Assembly (NCBI RefSeq): GCF_000281045.1
Contig: NW_008246075.1
Coordinates: forward strand, 243,476-307,475
Direction of reading: 5' to 3'
Length of the DNA: 64,000 bases
Origin: Saprolegnia diclina VS20
Taxonomy: Eukaryota
Of the stretch, positions 45,627 to 57,300 are shown in pieces; the first letter of the stretch is position 1, and each line of letters starts with the position of its first letter. The notes beneath the pieces are model-generated. The model had not been told where the DNA came from, searched no databases, and saw nothing but the letters and a program-made list of their open reading frames with translations. The translations under genes were made by a program, and so were the position numbers.

Positions 45627-47177
45627 TCATAGTTGCGCGGTCGAAGTGACGCTTGGTACAATGAGGTCTTTGCACCGCAGTCGTCGCTTGGCCACAACAT
45701 AAGTTCCTATCCAGGCCACGACAGCAAGAAGGAGCCACGAGTAAGCAAAGAGAAGCGTCTTGGTGAGTCCCGGTGTATCTAAAACGCAGGCGGGGTCCAA
45801 GGCCAACGCGCCATCGGGCAGAACGACGCTGCCACAGCGAGGCGCCCAGCGGTCTTTGAGCGCACCCAGCACGATTGGCGACGGCACATCGCCGAGCACA
45901 TGCAGCACCAACGTATTCAGTCCCATGGCGAACCCTCGGCGCGCGCGTGACACGCTGAGGAGAATCACCAAGGTCGTTGCCGCCTGGGCCGCAAAGAGGG
46001 CAAAGAGTCCGAGGCCCTGGAGGAGAAAGAAAGCCCACGGCGTTGCGAGGTACGCCATAGACAAGAAGAGGCATCCAGTACCGGCCACGAGGAAAACGAG
46101 CATCTGCATCGCGGCCATGAAGACGCGAAACGGCGCGTCGTCGGGGCGGGCGACACAGCTGCGATCGAGGAGAACGCCGCCGACGGGCGACCCGAGGACT
46201 CCGGTCACGACCACAAGCGCACCAAAGACGGTGGGAGCTGTCGCGGCATCCAAGAGCCCATACCCGATGAGGATCGACGGTGCGAATGCGCCAAGGCCCG
46301 CAATCGTAAACGCAAAGGCGGCGAGACCGAGACTTGCGCTGACGAAGAGCGGGTCGTGCACGATCGCAAGCACTTCTGCGCAGAGCGGCGTCGGAGCTGT
46401 GCTGTGCGTCTCTTGCAAGAGAAGCCCGTCATCCTCGTCGCCGTCGACTGTCATTGCTTCGTCACACGCAGCACCGGCGTCCGAGCGCCGCGGTGTCAGC
46501 TCAATGTCTGTGATGTCGGCGGTGACGCCCGAGACCATGAGGTCATCGTCGTCGTGTTGGCACTTGGGAACGATGGCCCGGAGCGGGTGGTTGAACTCGG
46601 GCGGGATCCACGCCCAGCACATATAGGCGAGCGGCAACATGGCAACGCCAAGTGCGTAGAATGCGACGTCCCACCCGAGCGTCTGCGCCATGATCGAGCC
46701 ATACGAGTACCCAATCGCGGTGCCGGCCGGCATGCCAGCGTAGAAGCAGCCGAGCCAGAGAGTCCGGCGGCTACGCGGCGCGAATTCATCAATAAACGCT
46801 GGCGTCGTAGCGTGGAACGAAGACTCGCCAATGCCCGAGAGGAGGCGGCCGACGAGGAGAAGGAGGAAGCTGTCGCACGGCTTGGCCAGGCCACACAAGA
46901 AAAGCGCGCCCACCCAGACAAAGAGCCCAATGGCCGCGAGCACGAACGGCCGGCGCGTCATGGAGAGGTACCCAAAGACGCAGATCGAGATCGAGTACGA
47001 TGCGATAAAGGCCGACGCGAGCAGACCGACGTAGACGCTGACGTGGGACGGCGCGACGCCATACGACGCTTGGACGAACGCCTGAAACTCGATCGGCGCG
47101 CCGGGAATGACTCCCCGGTCGATAAAGTTGAGCAAGTTGATCGCGCAGAGGAGGCCAAACACGTGCGCAGCGTGCAT
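45627..47177 (-). CDS. MFS transporter, Spinster (SPNS)-like
   Basis: AINLLNFIDRGVIPG, GRLLSGIGESSF, GTAIGYSYG and HVLGDVPSPIVLGAL; about 12 hydrophobic segments; intronless, 516 aa. Confidence 0.9.
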   Translation of the reverse strand: MHAAHVFGLLCAINLLNFIDRGVIPGAPIEFQAFVQASYGVAPSHVSVYVGLLASAFIASYSISICVFGYLSMTRRPFVLAAIGLFVWVGALFLCGLAKPCDSFLLLLVGRLLSGIGESSFHATTPAFIDEFAPRSRRTLWLGCFYAGMPAGTAIGYSYGSIMAQTLGWDVAFYALGVAMLPLAYMCWAWIPPEFNHPLRAIVPKCQHDDDDLMVSGVTADITDIELTPRRSDAGAACDEAMTVDGDEDDGLLLQETHSTAPTPLCAEVLAIVHDPLFVSASLGLAAFAFTIAGLGAFAPSILIGYGLLDAATAPTVFGALVVVTGVLGSPVGGVLLDRSCVARPDDAPFRVFMAAMQMLVFLVAGTGCLFLSMAYLATPWAFFLLQGLGLFALFAAQAATTLVILLSVSRARRGFAMGLNTLVLHVLGDVPSPIVLGALKDRWAPRCGSVVLPDGALALDPACVLDTPGLTKTLLFAYSWLLLAVVAWIGTYVVAKRRLRCKDLIVPSVTSTAQL

Positions 47178-47537
47178 CGCACTGCGTGGTCGCGCTGGCT
47201 TGAGGAGTGGCTCGGCGAGGTCCAGTGCTGCTGCACTCGCTCACTGGCGACAAGATCGCGGCAGAGTGATGGTCCTATCGATTTGATGACGCGATCAATT
47301 TTCAGATTTGTGCGAGGACGACTGGGCTTCTGACGCCGCCGCGCCGCACGACAACGCGGTAGCATCAGAGCACGTAATACTGCAGTCCAACTGGTTTCTT
47401 GTTAAAGTATACCAAAGTGGTTATCAAAGTCGCCCAGAAATCTGGCTTGTTGAAGCTGCGGCGGTACCGTAGTATGCAGATCTGTCTGGTCTGGCACAGC
47501 CCACCAGCGCCGTCTCTGGGGCTCGGCAAGAAAGATT

Positions 47538-47585
47538 TGTCTCCACTATAGACATCGCATGTGTCTCCACTCTAGACATCGCATG
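47538..47585. repeat. Direct duplication, 2 x 24 bp
   Basis: TGTCTCCACTATAGACATCGCATG and TGTCTCCACTCTAGACATCGCATG are adjacent with one mismatch; each contains the inverted pair TGTCT...AGACA. Confidence 0.85.
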
Positions 47586-47678
47586 CAATAGGCCGGGATT
47601 GAGTACTGGGATGCGCAACGACGACAGTACACACACAATTACACCATCACAGTTACCGACGAGATGCAACCTTCGCGA

Positions 47679-48302
47679 CTAAAGCACCATGTCGAGCGCG
47701 GACGTGTGGTGCGCGACGACGCCGAGGAGGCCGCTGCCCATGAGCTGGAGCTGGTGGCAAGCTTCGTCGACGGTCGGCGACGGTCGGGCACTGCACACGA
47801 CCTTGTTGACGACGAGGTCGCGGTACGCCATGCGGAAGCACGTCTCGCGCAGATGCGGGAGGCCGAGCACCGCCAGCGTGCTCTGGGGCGCAAACATGCT
47901 CGTCGAGATGCCGAGATGGTTGGCGCAGATGACGTCGAGGGGGTTGTGGCCGTCGTTGCCAGCGACGACGCGGACGTCGGTCGAAAGAAAGAGGCTCATG
48001 CATTGCGGCAGGTACGTCTGGCACAGCGACTGCGTGTCGTTCGTCGAGTCGCAGACGACGAAGACGGGGCCCATTGCGCGCGCCTGCGTGAGGAGCGCTA
48101 CTATGTACGTGTCGAGGACCGCGAGCTGCTGGCGCAGCACCGGATGCTGGAGCTGGTTCGGGTGGATCGCAAGCGTCTGGTGCAGCCACGTCGAGGGACA
48201 CAGAAAGTTGTCCCAGCCAAAGACAAAGGCCGTGCGCGGAGGCGTGTTAATCGGCGCCATCGCCGTCGGCAACGCCGCCATGTTGGACATCGATACTTGC
48301 AT
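47679..48302 (-). CDS. HAD-superfamily-like protein (FDWDDTL family), probably inactive
   Basis: FVFGWDNFLCPSTWL and LLTQARAMGPVFVV resemble the protist FDWDDTLxPTxW HAD family, but the first Asp is replaced by Gly. Confidence 0.6.
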   Translation of the reverse strand: MQVSMSNMAALPTAMAPINTPPRTAFVFGWDNFLCPSTWLHQTLAIHPNQLQHPVLRQQLAVLDTYIVALLTQARAMGPVFVVCDSTNDTQSLCQTYLPQCMSLFLSTDVRVVAGNDGHNPLDVICANHLGISTSMFAPQSTLAVLGLPHLRETCFRMAYRDLVVNKVVCSARPSPTVDEACHQLQLMGSGLLGVVAHHTSALDMVL

Positions 48303-48776
48303 CGTAGTGGGTGGTATGGGAGGATCGGCAGTCGACTTTGGAAATGACGAAGAAGATCGCCAGTTCGATTGTTACCATCACTCTCGACGATTGGGCCAAT
48401 GTTGGTGGCCGACCCACTGAAGGTCCAGATCCTGTGCCACCCTGGGCGCGCGACCGTGTGCCTCATGATTGCACCTCGACTAGGTACAGGCTGGCGACGC
48501 TACGCTAATAGAGGTACTCCACAGCAGCGCGGATCGGCTTCAGTTGGCTCCTTCCTCGCACGACGTCCGCCATAGCCACCACGATCCGTGTTCGACTGCA
48601 TGCCATTGTTACGGGCGTTCATTTGAAGCATGGTACCACCCATCAAAGCGATTCTGCTCAACCAACGACGCAGACAGTTGCTGCGCACCGCAGGTCTACG
48701 TCAACGAAAGGAATGCCAAGGCCAGTGTGCGACGCAAATCCAGGCGTGTTGCTTGCAGCGTCGAGGCCGAGCGTTC

Positions 48777-50028
48777 CTACTCGAGCGAAGCCAATTTGCG
48801 GAAAAACGTGCGCCACGCCGGTGTCAAAGTCCCAAGCGCGGGGGCTGGCGGCAGACCCACAGGAGGCAGTGCGCTTGGCGTCTTTCGCGCGCGCTTCTGG
48901 GGGGTTGCGGACGGGTCTTTGCGCGGGCGGCCTCGCTTGCGTTTGACGTCGGCCGCTGGACGCTGCTATTGATTCCACACTCGTCATCAACTTGGCTTGT
49001 AGTTCATGAGGTGTACCTGTGCTTCTTGCGCTGCGACGGCCAAGGATCGTTTACTTTGCTTCTTGGGCTTGGGTTGCGCAACGTTCAAGCGGGTGCTTGA
49101 TCGGCGCGCGGTTATCGTTTCAGGCGGCGGGCTCGGTTTGGCAACGACAAGTGGTTGCATCGGCTTCTATGCGCTCACGTCAGTGCGTTGCGTGGCGGTA
49201 TTGGTGCAACCTTGATCGGTGGCTCTGCGTGCCAGCCTTCAAGGTCCAGAGTCGTCGTCGCCGTGGGCATCTTCTACGCCCAGCGCCTGTTCGTTGGCTG
49301 GGTGTCGCCAAAGACGTACCGCCGCTGTGGCCGGACTCGCTGTCGATCGTGGCAGCGGAGAGAGAGGCGCCTAGGAGCATGTGGAAAGGACGTCTCTTCA
49401 ACGCGAGCGTGCCCTACCTCGGGTGGCGCAATGACAACAACAAGGTGCGCGCGGAACATGGAAGACAAATCTTCATACATCTAGCCAAAAGCTATGAGTC
49501 GGCGCACATGCTACGTAAATCCCTACCTCTGGATCGAGGATGTTGAGGCCGTCCATCCCGTCGGCCAGGACCGTGTCCCAGTACGCTTGCTGAACAGTGT
49601 CTGGCCGACGCTGTCATCGCGCCAAATGATACGCAGCACGTGTAGGCAATCGTACCGTGTGCTGAGTAGGCGTGGCAGTCGTCGCTGGCGGCTCGGGCGG
49701 CGTGCACTACCATGGTGATCGAATCGGGTTCAAGCCGGCAGCACAGGCATACCGGCGGTGATGGCGTCGTCTGGCTCATGCCGCCGGATTCCTGGTTTGG
49801 CGGCTCCTCGATCTCGTCTTCGATGTCGCTCTCTTCGGCGCTGGAGCTCGCTGGTGTCGGCGCATCGACCACCACGCAGCCGTCGACGCTCGGCGCTTCC
49901 GGCAGGCGATAATGCTGGTGCAAGGTGCTCAAGACGTCGCTCTTCGTGCCCGAGCTGGGCAGCTGTAACGCCTTACAAAGCTTGCGCAGATCCGGCGTGG
50001 ACATGTCGAGCAGGGCCGCGTCGCGCAT
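48777..50028 (-). CDS. SAP-domain + AT-hook chromatin protein, multi-exon
   Basis: SAP-like LLDMSTPDLRKLCKALQLPSSGTKSDVLSTL at the N-terminus. The terminal exon QRPAADVKRKRGRPRKDP...FFRKLASLE* contains the AT-hook RGRP. Internal exons were assembled by eye. Confidence 0.6.
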
Positions 50029-50213
50029 GCTCGTCGCTCGCAAGTTCAACCCGGCAAGCAACAAGATACTGTGAAAATGACGAACCGGGTAGCTGCGATA
50101 CTGGAATTTTAGCCAATGAAAACGCGTTGTGGACGATCGCAACAGACCATCGCACCAAGGCGAGACCACAACCCTCGCGTACTTGTCTGCCCGTTTGTCT
50201 CGAGAGGTATATA

Positions 50214-50771
50214 TTACAATCGCAGGAGCGTGTCGTTAATGTACTCTCTCAGCTCCTGCGGCGGCATCAACATGTCGGGTGCCTGCTCAAACAGCTCTTG
50301 CAGCCAACTCTCGTCGTCCATGGGCGTGCTATCGTCGATCGCAAGGAGCGGTTCGGGCATGGCAGGCGACATCGCATTGGCATCTCGAGCACGATGGCGC
50401 CAGCATGCGCCGGCTCGCCGCGCGGGCGTATCGCAGTTGTCGCTGACGCATTTCCGCGCTGCGTGGCGAGGACAGAGCTGTCCCGCGGTCGCGGTCTCGA
50501 CGCAGTCGACAGCAACACATACGTTGGGGCGCTTGGCCTGGAGGCTGTGGCGGCAGCAGTAGCGCCCCGAGCGCGCGTTCGATTTGCAGCCTGGCGAGGC
50601 GCATCGGTGCCGGCCGCCGTGCGAGACGCAGAGCTGGCGGGCGTACACTTGGTTGCGGCAGTCGTGGATCCGGCACACGGCGCGGCTTCGGTGGGCGACG
50701 CACTTGACCGAGTTGGGACGCGGCGGCAGCGCGCAGCCTTCAAAGATGCAGCAGTCGCTTGTCGTCGTCAT
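50214..50771 (-). CDS. Cys/His-repeat protein (C-x4-C-x9-C-x2-H repeats; often mislabelled WRKY19-like)
   Basis: Five repeats, e.g. CRIHDCRNQVYARQLCVSHGG and CASPGCKSNARSGRYCCRH, followed by an acidic C-terminal tail. Confidence 0.75.
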   Translation of the reverse strand: MTTTSDCCIFEGCALPPRPNSVKCVAHRSRAVCRIHDCRNQVYARQLCVSHGGRHRCASPGCKSNARSGRYCCRHSLQAKRPNVCVAVDCVETATAGQLCPRHAARKCVSDNCDTPARRAGACWRHRARDANAMSPAMPEPLLAIDDSTPMDDESWLQELFEQAPDMLMPPQELREYINDTLLRL

Positions 50772-51148
50772 GACTACGAATATATACGAATGTGTGCTCG
50801 GGAGTGAAAAATCCAAACTGCGCAGATCGAAGCAACTTCTCATACACGAGTGCAACGTTGGACTCACAAGCCAATGGAACTCTAAGATTTCACCAACCAT
50901 GGCTTGCCGCGATCAGTTCCAAATGACGGTGATGGCTTCCCGCGCAAACATGCTGCCTCGACGACGACTTGTTCGACGCTCCTCGCGCGACTGCATGCAG
51001 GCGCCTTGTCACGACACAAAGACTCCTGTTCGTCTCTGATACGGTTGTAGTGGCTGTCTGCACGTGTAGATGTCGACGCGTCGCACCCAAGGTCGGGGAA
51101 TATTTGATTGCAACGGGATACAAAATTTGTGGATCCATCACAGTTGGA

Positions 51149-51674
51149 NNNNNNNNNNNNNNNNNNNNNNNNNNNNNNNNNNNNNNNNNNNNNNNNNNNN
51201 NNNNNNNNNNNNNNNNNNNNNNNNNNNNNNNNNNNNNNNNNNNNNNNNNNNNNNNNNNNNNNNNNNNNNNNNNNNNNNNNNNNNNNNNNNNNNNNNNNNN
51301 NNNNNNNNNNNNNNNNNNNNNNNNNNNNNNNNNNNNNNNNNNNNNNNNNNNNNNNNNNNNNNNNNNNNNNNNNNNNNNNNNNNNNNNNNNNNNNNNNNNN
51401 NNNNNNNNNNNNNNNNNNNNNNNNNNNNNNNNNNNNNNNNNNNNNNNNNNNNNNNNNNNNNNNNNNNNNNNNNNNNNNNNNNNNNNNNNNNNNNNNNNNN
51501 NNNNNNNNNNNNNNNNNNNNNNNNNNNNNNNNNNNNNNNNNNNNNNNNNNNNNNNNNNNNNNNNNNNNNNNNNNNNNNNNNNNNNNNNNNNNNNNNNNNN
51601 NNNNNNNNNNNNNNNNNNNNNNNNNNNNNNNNNNNNNNNNNNNNNNNNNNNNNNNNNNNNNNNNNNNNNNNNNN
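51149..51674. other. Assembly gap (526 N)
   Basis: Run of N bases. Confidence 1.
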
Positions 51675-52236
51675 TCACCACCGCACAATCCTGTCATGTC
51701 CCTTGCACGTGAATTGTGGCGCTGAATCGCAAGCTGCAGTCCCGATGACGGCCGAGGCGGTTGTGATGATCCAGGCTGGACCATGTGCGCGCGCCGTTGT
51801 TGCAGGGAGTGTCCATCGATGAGGACCTACACTCTTGCAGTATCCTGCCGGATACCTCCCGTCTCATCGTCAGGAATATCTAGGATACACGTCGAACACC
51901 GCAGACGATCGCAAGTTCGTCGCGAGCCACAGCAAGTACAAGTATTAGTAGCAAGGTCGTTAATAGTGAGCACGAGCAGCTCACCGTGCTGTACCTGTGA
52001 CGTCAAAGCGAAACAGTCTTCAGTCTATTGACCACATGCAGCACACAGTCTCGTCCTTGCAGCGTCCTGAGATGGATGCAGACTGTATGCCTCTTAGCAT
52101 CGATGACTCGGCATGCAGAACCAACGTCCATGTTATGGACGCTTGATAGCTCATATGGCACTGCCAAGCGATGACGACGGTGCGTGCAGGATGAAATCCG
52201 AACGGTTCGCTGGGTTGGGTATCCGGATACGAGGAC

Positions 52237-52251
52237 TCACTTTGCATTTTC
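52237..52251 (+). promoter_or_regulatory. Oomycete core promoter INR+FPR element
   Basis: TCACTTTGCATTTTC fits YCAYTYY-N-MWTTTNC and lies immediately upstream of the TMEM256 ATG at 52255. Confidence 0.6.
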
Positions 52252-52254
52252 AGC

Positions 52255-52717
52255 ATGAGCTCCAAAGCCGTTGCGTTGGCGTCGACGTCGATCTGGTGGA
52301 AGGTGGGCGCGGTCTCGGGCGCGACCGCGGTTCTCCTCGGTGCGTCTCTAGCGTGCGGGTAGCGGTGCTGACTCACGACCGAGTAGGTGCGTTCGGTGCC
52401 CATGGCCTCAAGAACCGCGTCACGGACCCGAAGCTCCTCAAGACTTGGGACACTGGCGCCCACTACCACTTGGTGCACTCGCTTGCGCTCCTTGCCGTGC
52501 CCTTCTCGCGTCGCCCCAACCTCGCGGGCGGCCTCATCTCGAGTGGCATCGTCTTCTTTTCGGGCAGCCTCTATGCTATCGTGCTCACGGACCAGAAGAG
52601 CCTCGGCATGATTACGGTAAAACATCATCATCGCTCCCACCTTGTTCATCGCTCTATCCTACGTAGCCCATGGGCGGCCTCATGTTTGTCGCTGGCTGGC
52701 TCTCGTTGCTGCTGTAA
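52255..52717 (+). CDS. TMEM256: TMEM256/DUF423 membrane protein, 3 exons
   Basis: GAVSGATAVLL|GAFGAHGLK...WDTGAHYHLVHSLALL...GIVFFSGSLY...GMIT|PMGGLMFVAGWLSLLL*. Confidence 0.92.
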
Positions 52718-52879
52718 GAAGCGTCCCCCAGCGTGGCTTCACGTGTGGCATCAAGCACAACATTGACATCCACTGTTTGTTTCTCCTACGCATCGCTCTT
52801 TTGCATTTGAGAGCTTGGCAGCTTGGAGGCAGTGCAAGCTGGGATAGAAGCAAAAACGACTAGCTATCCAAGTCTAGTT

Positions 52880-53808
52880 TTAGTCGCTGGAGTCGTTGCA
52901 GGGCGACTTTTTCTTCCTCGACATGGGACCGCGCGACGTTCTCGGCAGCATGCACCCGCCATCGCAAGAGCTATACGTTCTTAGTTGACATTTGCTGCAG
53001 AGTGAAAGGACGGACCTGGAATGCAGCTTTCTTTTCGTGAAATTCGGCATGGAGGTCGGCCACGAGCTGCCGGTCTCGGTCATTCTCATACGCGCGCAGT
53101 CCCTGCTTCTACATGCCGTGTGAGCTTCGCCATGTCGTCCTGTGCGCGATGACCACGGGGCTTCGCTTCGGGCTATTGGGTGCTTTTCGAGTCACTTTGA
53201 CGTCGCGAAGCTGTTTGAGTGGCGACCGTTCAAGCTTTGCCTCGGCTTTGGTATCATCATGGCTGTGCACCGGACTCGGTAGTGTCTGCAAAACCGGGCG
53301 GGTGTCCTGTTGGATCATCTCGTCTTGAAGCTCAGACGCCCCTTCGCCATCGGGCAGCACGCAAGGGCCGATCGCATGCGCTCTACCGTGCAGATATATA
53401 TGAGGCATCGCCTCACCACGCTGTCGCAAGTGTACGTCAAGGCAGCGATGGCCTCGTCGGCGGCGTTGCGAACCTCAAGGATGCACGCGCCAAGCCGAGA
53501 GAGTCCCTTGGACCGGCCGCCACCTGATTGCTCGTCCATCGTCGTGAGCGCGCAGTAAACGTCTTCCAGCATCCGCAACGCATTCTGCCAACGCTCGATG
53601 CCCCGTGGTTTGGTCTCGTAGAGCCTGTTGGACCACATGGGGCCGTGTCAACACAAGGTAGAAAGTACGTGTGGCGGTGGGGTACTTTGGCAACGGGCTT
53701 GACGACCGACGGAAGGTACGCGCCAAGGATGCCGCGCATGTTGTCGCTGTTCTTATGCGGCGCATTGGCGAAGAACCGACCGCGCTTCTCGCCTTCGTAG
53801 CTGCTCAT
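52880..53808 (-). CDS. Hypothetical protein, multi-exon, structure uncertain
   Basis: ATG at 53808 (MSSYEGEKRGRFFANAPHKNSDNMRGILGAYLP) and protein-like segments (RWQNALRMLEDVYCALTT; AEAKLERSPLKQLRD). No recognised domain. Confidence 0.4.
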
Positions 53809-54320
53809 GGTGATGCGAAACGATGCGGAAACGGCTCACACGACAATGTGATACGAGTCACGATCGCAAATGCCAGAAGCTGACTCGACTGCACTAATTA
53901 GACTAGCCATAGAAGCCTTGCTATAGGTAATTGTAGGCTCATGCGCGCAATGGCACTGGAAGGAGGAGCGTAGGATCCTGCATACATGCTTCGTTGCAGA
54001 CCCTGCTGGTGACGGAAGCATGGAACCTTTGGGTTGACACTTGAAAAATCCCAAAATTATACCGGTAGGCTCGTGACTTGCACGGTCTCTTCTTACGTCG
54101 GGAGCTCGTTCATGGGTGCAGGGCGAAGCGATACCTTCGTGCCGGCTTGATTTGCGCGCGAAGCCGGGGGGTGTATCCGGCATCCGGATACAAGTCGACG
54201 CATCGCGGCGATTGGCTACAATTCAAATTTCGGAACATGGGCCAATGAGAGGGACGAAAACGAACAAATCTGGCGACGATACAAAAATCAAATCAAGGCC
54301 GATCAGGACCGCCGGAAGAG

Positions 54321-57300
54321 ATGGAGCGCGTCCTTAGCGCCCTTCGGTCGACGGGTACGTCCATGGCGATAGGCGGAGCGATGGCATGGAAGCATGGACA
54401 TGGCCCCTCCATGGAAGAGAGGTCTGTGGCTCATGGCGCTCGTAGAGACGAAGACACGCCTCATGGGCGTCAACTACGTCGAAACGTTCCTTGACGAGGA
54501 GGGTTGGGAAGAGATCTTGACCGCGCTTGTCGGATGCCTCAGCGACAACAACGCCAAGGTGACGCAGGGAAGCCTGCGCATGCTCGCCAAGCTCATCCAA
54601 AGCCCGTCCAAGCCCACAGAGCACATCCGCGGCTTCTTCACGCTCCTCTGGGGGCCGCTCAAGGAGAAGCTCGGGGACAGCAAGGCACCGATCCGCGAAG
54701 CCGCGACCGACGTTCTGCTGTGCCTCATCGAGAAGATTGGCATGGCCTGCGTCCTGGACCGCCTCCGGTTCTGCGCTGGACACAAGAACTGGCGTATCCG
54801 CGAGCAGGTACACGCTTTCCTCGACCACCTTCGTTGCACCCATGCGCGTCTTTAGGTGCTTGTCTGCATTTTCATGGCCATGGAGCGCTTCCGCGCCGAG
54901 CCGCAGCGGATATGTCAAGATGGCCTTTTGGAAATGGTAGGTTCAATCTCCATGTACACCGCTTGCTCACGCGTTTCCAGGCCTTGAAGCTGCTCGAAGA
55001 CTCGACAAAAGATGTGCGCGACGCAAGCCTCAATGTGATCCACGTGCTCTACGGAATTCGTGGGGAGTCGCTCTTGGTACCGCCAGCTTCATTCACTTGC
55101 GACCCAAGTCCTTATGCCCCTTGTCTCATAGCTCGAACTTCAGTCCAAGAACCTTCGGCCTGCCCACATGCGCTTGCTCATGGGTCGTCTTGGTGGCGAA
55201 GTAAGCGCGCTTGCTATGTCTACGCTTCCGACCAAATCATATAGGAAGCGCCAGTAACCAGCGCGAGCAGCAGTACTAGCAGCCAGCCCAAGCGCCCAGT
55301 GGCTACGATTCGCCCGCCGTCGTACTCGCTGCCCGGCATCCCCGTCGCCGCGACGTCTCCGGCCAAAGCCAAGCGGTCCGTGTCATTTTCACCACCGAGA
55401 TCGGCCCCCGTCGTGCCCGTGTGTGCGTACACGGACAAAGAAGTACGTCCTCGTACCATACACAACGTACGTAAACATTGAACGTCCTAGGTGCAACAGC
55501 AAATGACCATCGTCTTGGACGGCCTTGCCGAGAACCAAGAGTGGACAACGCGAGTCAAGGTCCGTACCTTGGCCCTCCCAATGGACTCGTGGACCCAGTC
55601 GTTGTGTTGTAGTCGCTGCAACATTTGCAGTCCCTTGTCGAGAAGGGTGCGACGCAAAGTGCTGTGTTTGCAACGTCGCTGAAAGCCATGCGCGACCGCA
55701 TTTGCGACCAAGTCGGCGACCTGCGCTCGACCGTGACGCGAGAGGCGTGCAGCACGATCTCGTCGATGGCCAAGGCATTGGGCGACGCCTTCCACCCGTT
55801 CGTCGACAGCTTTATCGCAGCGTTGCTCAAGTCGGTCAGCGTGACGATCCAAATCGTGGCCGTCTCGGCCGACTCGTGCGTCAAAAACATCATCCAAAGC
55901 ACCGACAACGGGTACCCCAAGGCCGTGCCCAAGTATGCCATACAGCCGTGCACCCGTCACGAGGTAACTTGATTTGTAGGTTTATTGACGGCGCACGTAC
56001 CAAAAACAACTCGATTCGACTGCACTGTGTCGAGTACCTCACACTCGCGTGGAGCACGTGGGACCCGATGGCTTTTGATCGGTACGGCGATTTATTTACT
56101 TTGGTCGACGGTTTTTGACGCTGGCACTAGACATACTGAGACAATGGCTATCCTCCTGCCGTCCATCATTGGGGACGCCCACGCCGACGTTCGCGCTGCA
56201 GCACGCAAGTGCTTTTGGGCCTTCCATGCCGCGCATCCGGTAGGCCACGTCCCAAGTGCTACCGTTCGGGCGACTTATACGTGCTGTAGCAACGAGCAAA
56301 TCAGGTGCTTGATGAGCTCGATGCGTCCAGTCGACGCCGCGTCGTCGATGAAATGGCAACGGCTCCCGCAGCACCCGCGAGCAATGCTCGACCGGCCTCC
56401 CGAAAAAACGCCCTGGACGCTCCTTCCGCAGCCGTGGGCCCGATTCCGTCAACCGTCAAGACGGCGCTGCCCCAACCTGCGGTTGTGCCCCTGGGTCCTC
56501 GTCGTGTCTTCAATGGGTCCGAGCACGAGGCGCACGCAAGCTCGTCGCAAGTGCCATCTGGGCCGCTTCGCGTGCCCATTCCCGTGCGCAAGCAGCCGCG
56601 CACCGATGACCGCGTCGACGAAGCCCCTCGGCGGAACCAGGCATTACGCGTCCTCAACACCAACACGTCATCTGTGTCGACTGCGTCCCACTATGTTGAG
56701 GTCGCCCCGACACCCACGTACGGTGGTCCATTGCGTGTGGAGGTCGCCCCGGTGTCCAGCCGATCGACGCATCCGGAGAGCACTCGGCGCCGTGCCTCGG
56801 CCACCGACGACAACCAGCGCGATGACCGACCGAGCTCTCTGTCGTCCGAGCTGTGGGAGAAGCGTGCCGACGACGCCATGTGGTCGATCCGACTCGAGAC
56901 TGTCGACCATCTTTTGCGCATGGCCCCGAGCGTGATGCCACCCGACGCTGCCAAGATGGTCAAGATTGCAATGGCGCGGATTGGTGACTCGCACTTTCGA
57001 GTGGCGCAGAGTGCCATGAAGCTGCTGAGCCTCCTCGTACCGACGCATCCGTCGCTTGTGTTGCCGTACTTGAAGACGGCCCTACCCAAGGTAGCCTTGT
57101 TCATGCCCCCATCTGTTCGTGCTCCTTATACGATTATACGACCGGTGTAGGTGTTTGCCAAGCTAGTGGACCCCAAGGAAGGAGTTCGCGAGCAAGCCAC
57201 GCTGGTGCTCGAGGCCATTGTCGCGTCATCGCAGCAAGGCGGCTACGATGCGTCGACGCTACTGAGTTGGATCGTGCCGTCGATGCTCGATGGACCCGTC

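Noticed and set aside
40531..47585. The short repeats at 40531 and 47538 as CRISPR arrays
   Set aside because: The units are contiguous with no unique spacers, there are no cas genes, and the context is eukaryotic.
50214..50771. WRKY transcription factor label
   Set aside because: There is no WRKYGQK motif; only the Cys/His repeats are shared with WRKY19-like annotations.
50882..51822. Long ORFs spanning the N run
   Set aside because: Artefacts of translating the assembly gap.
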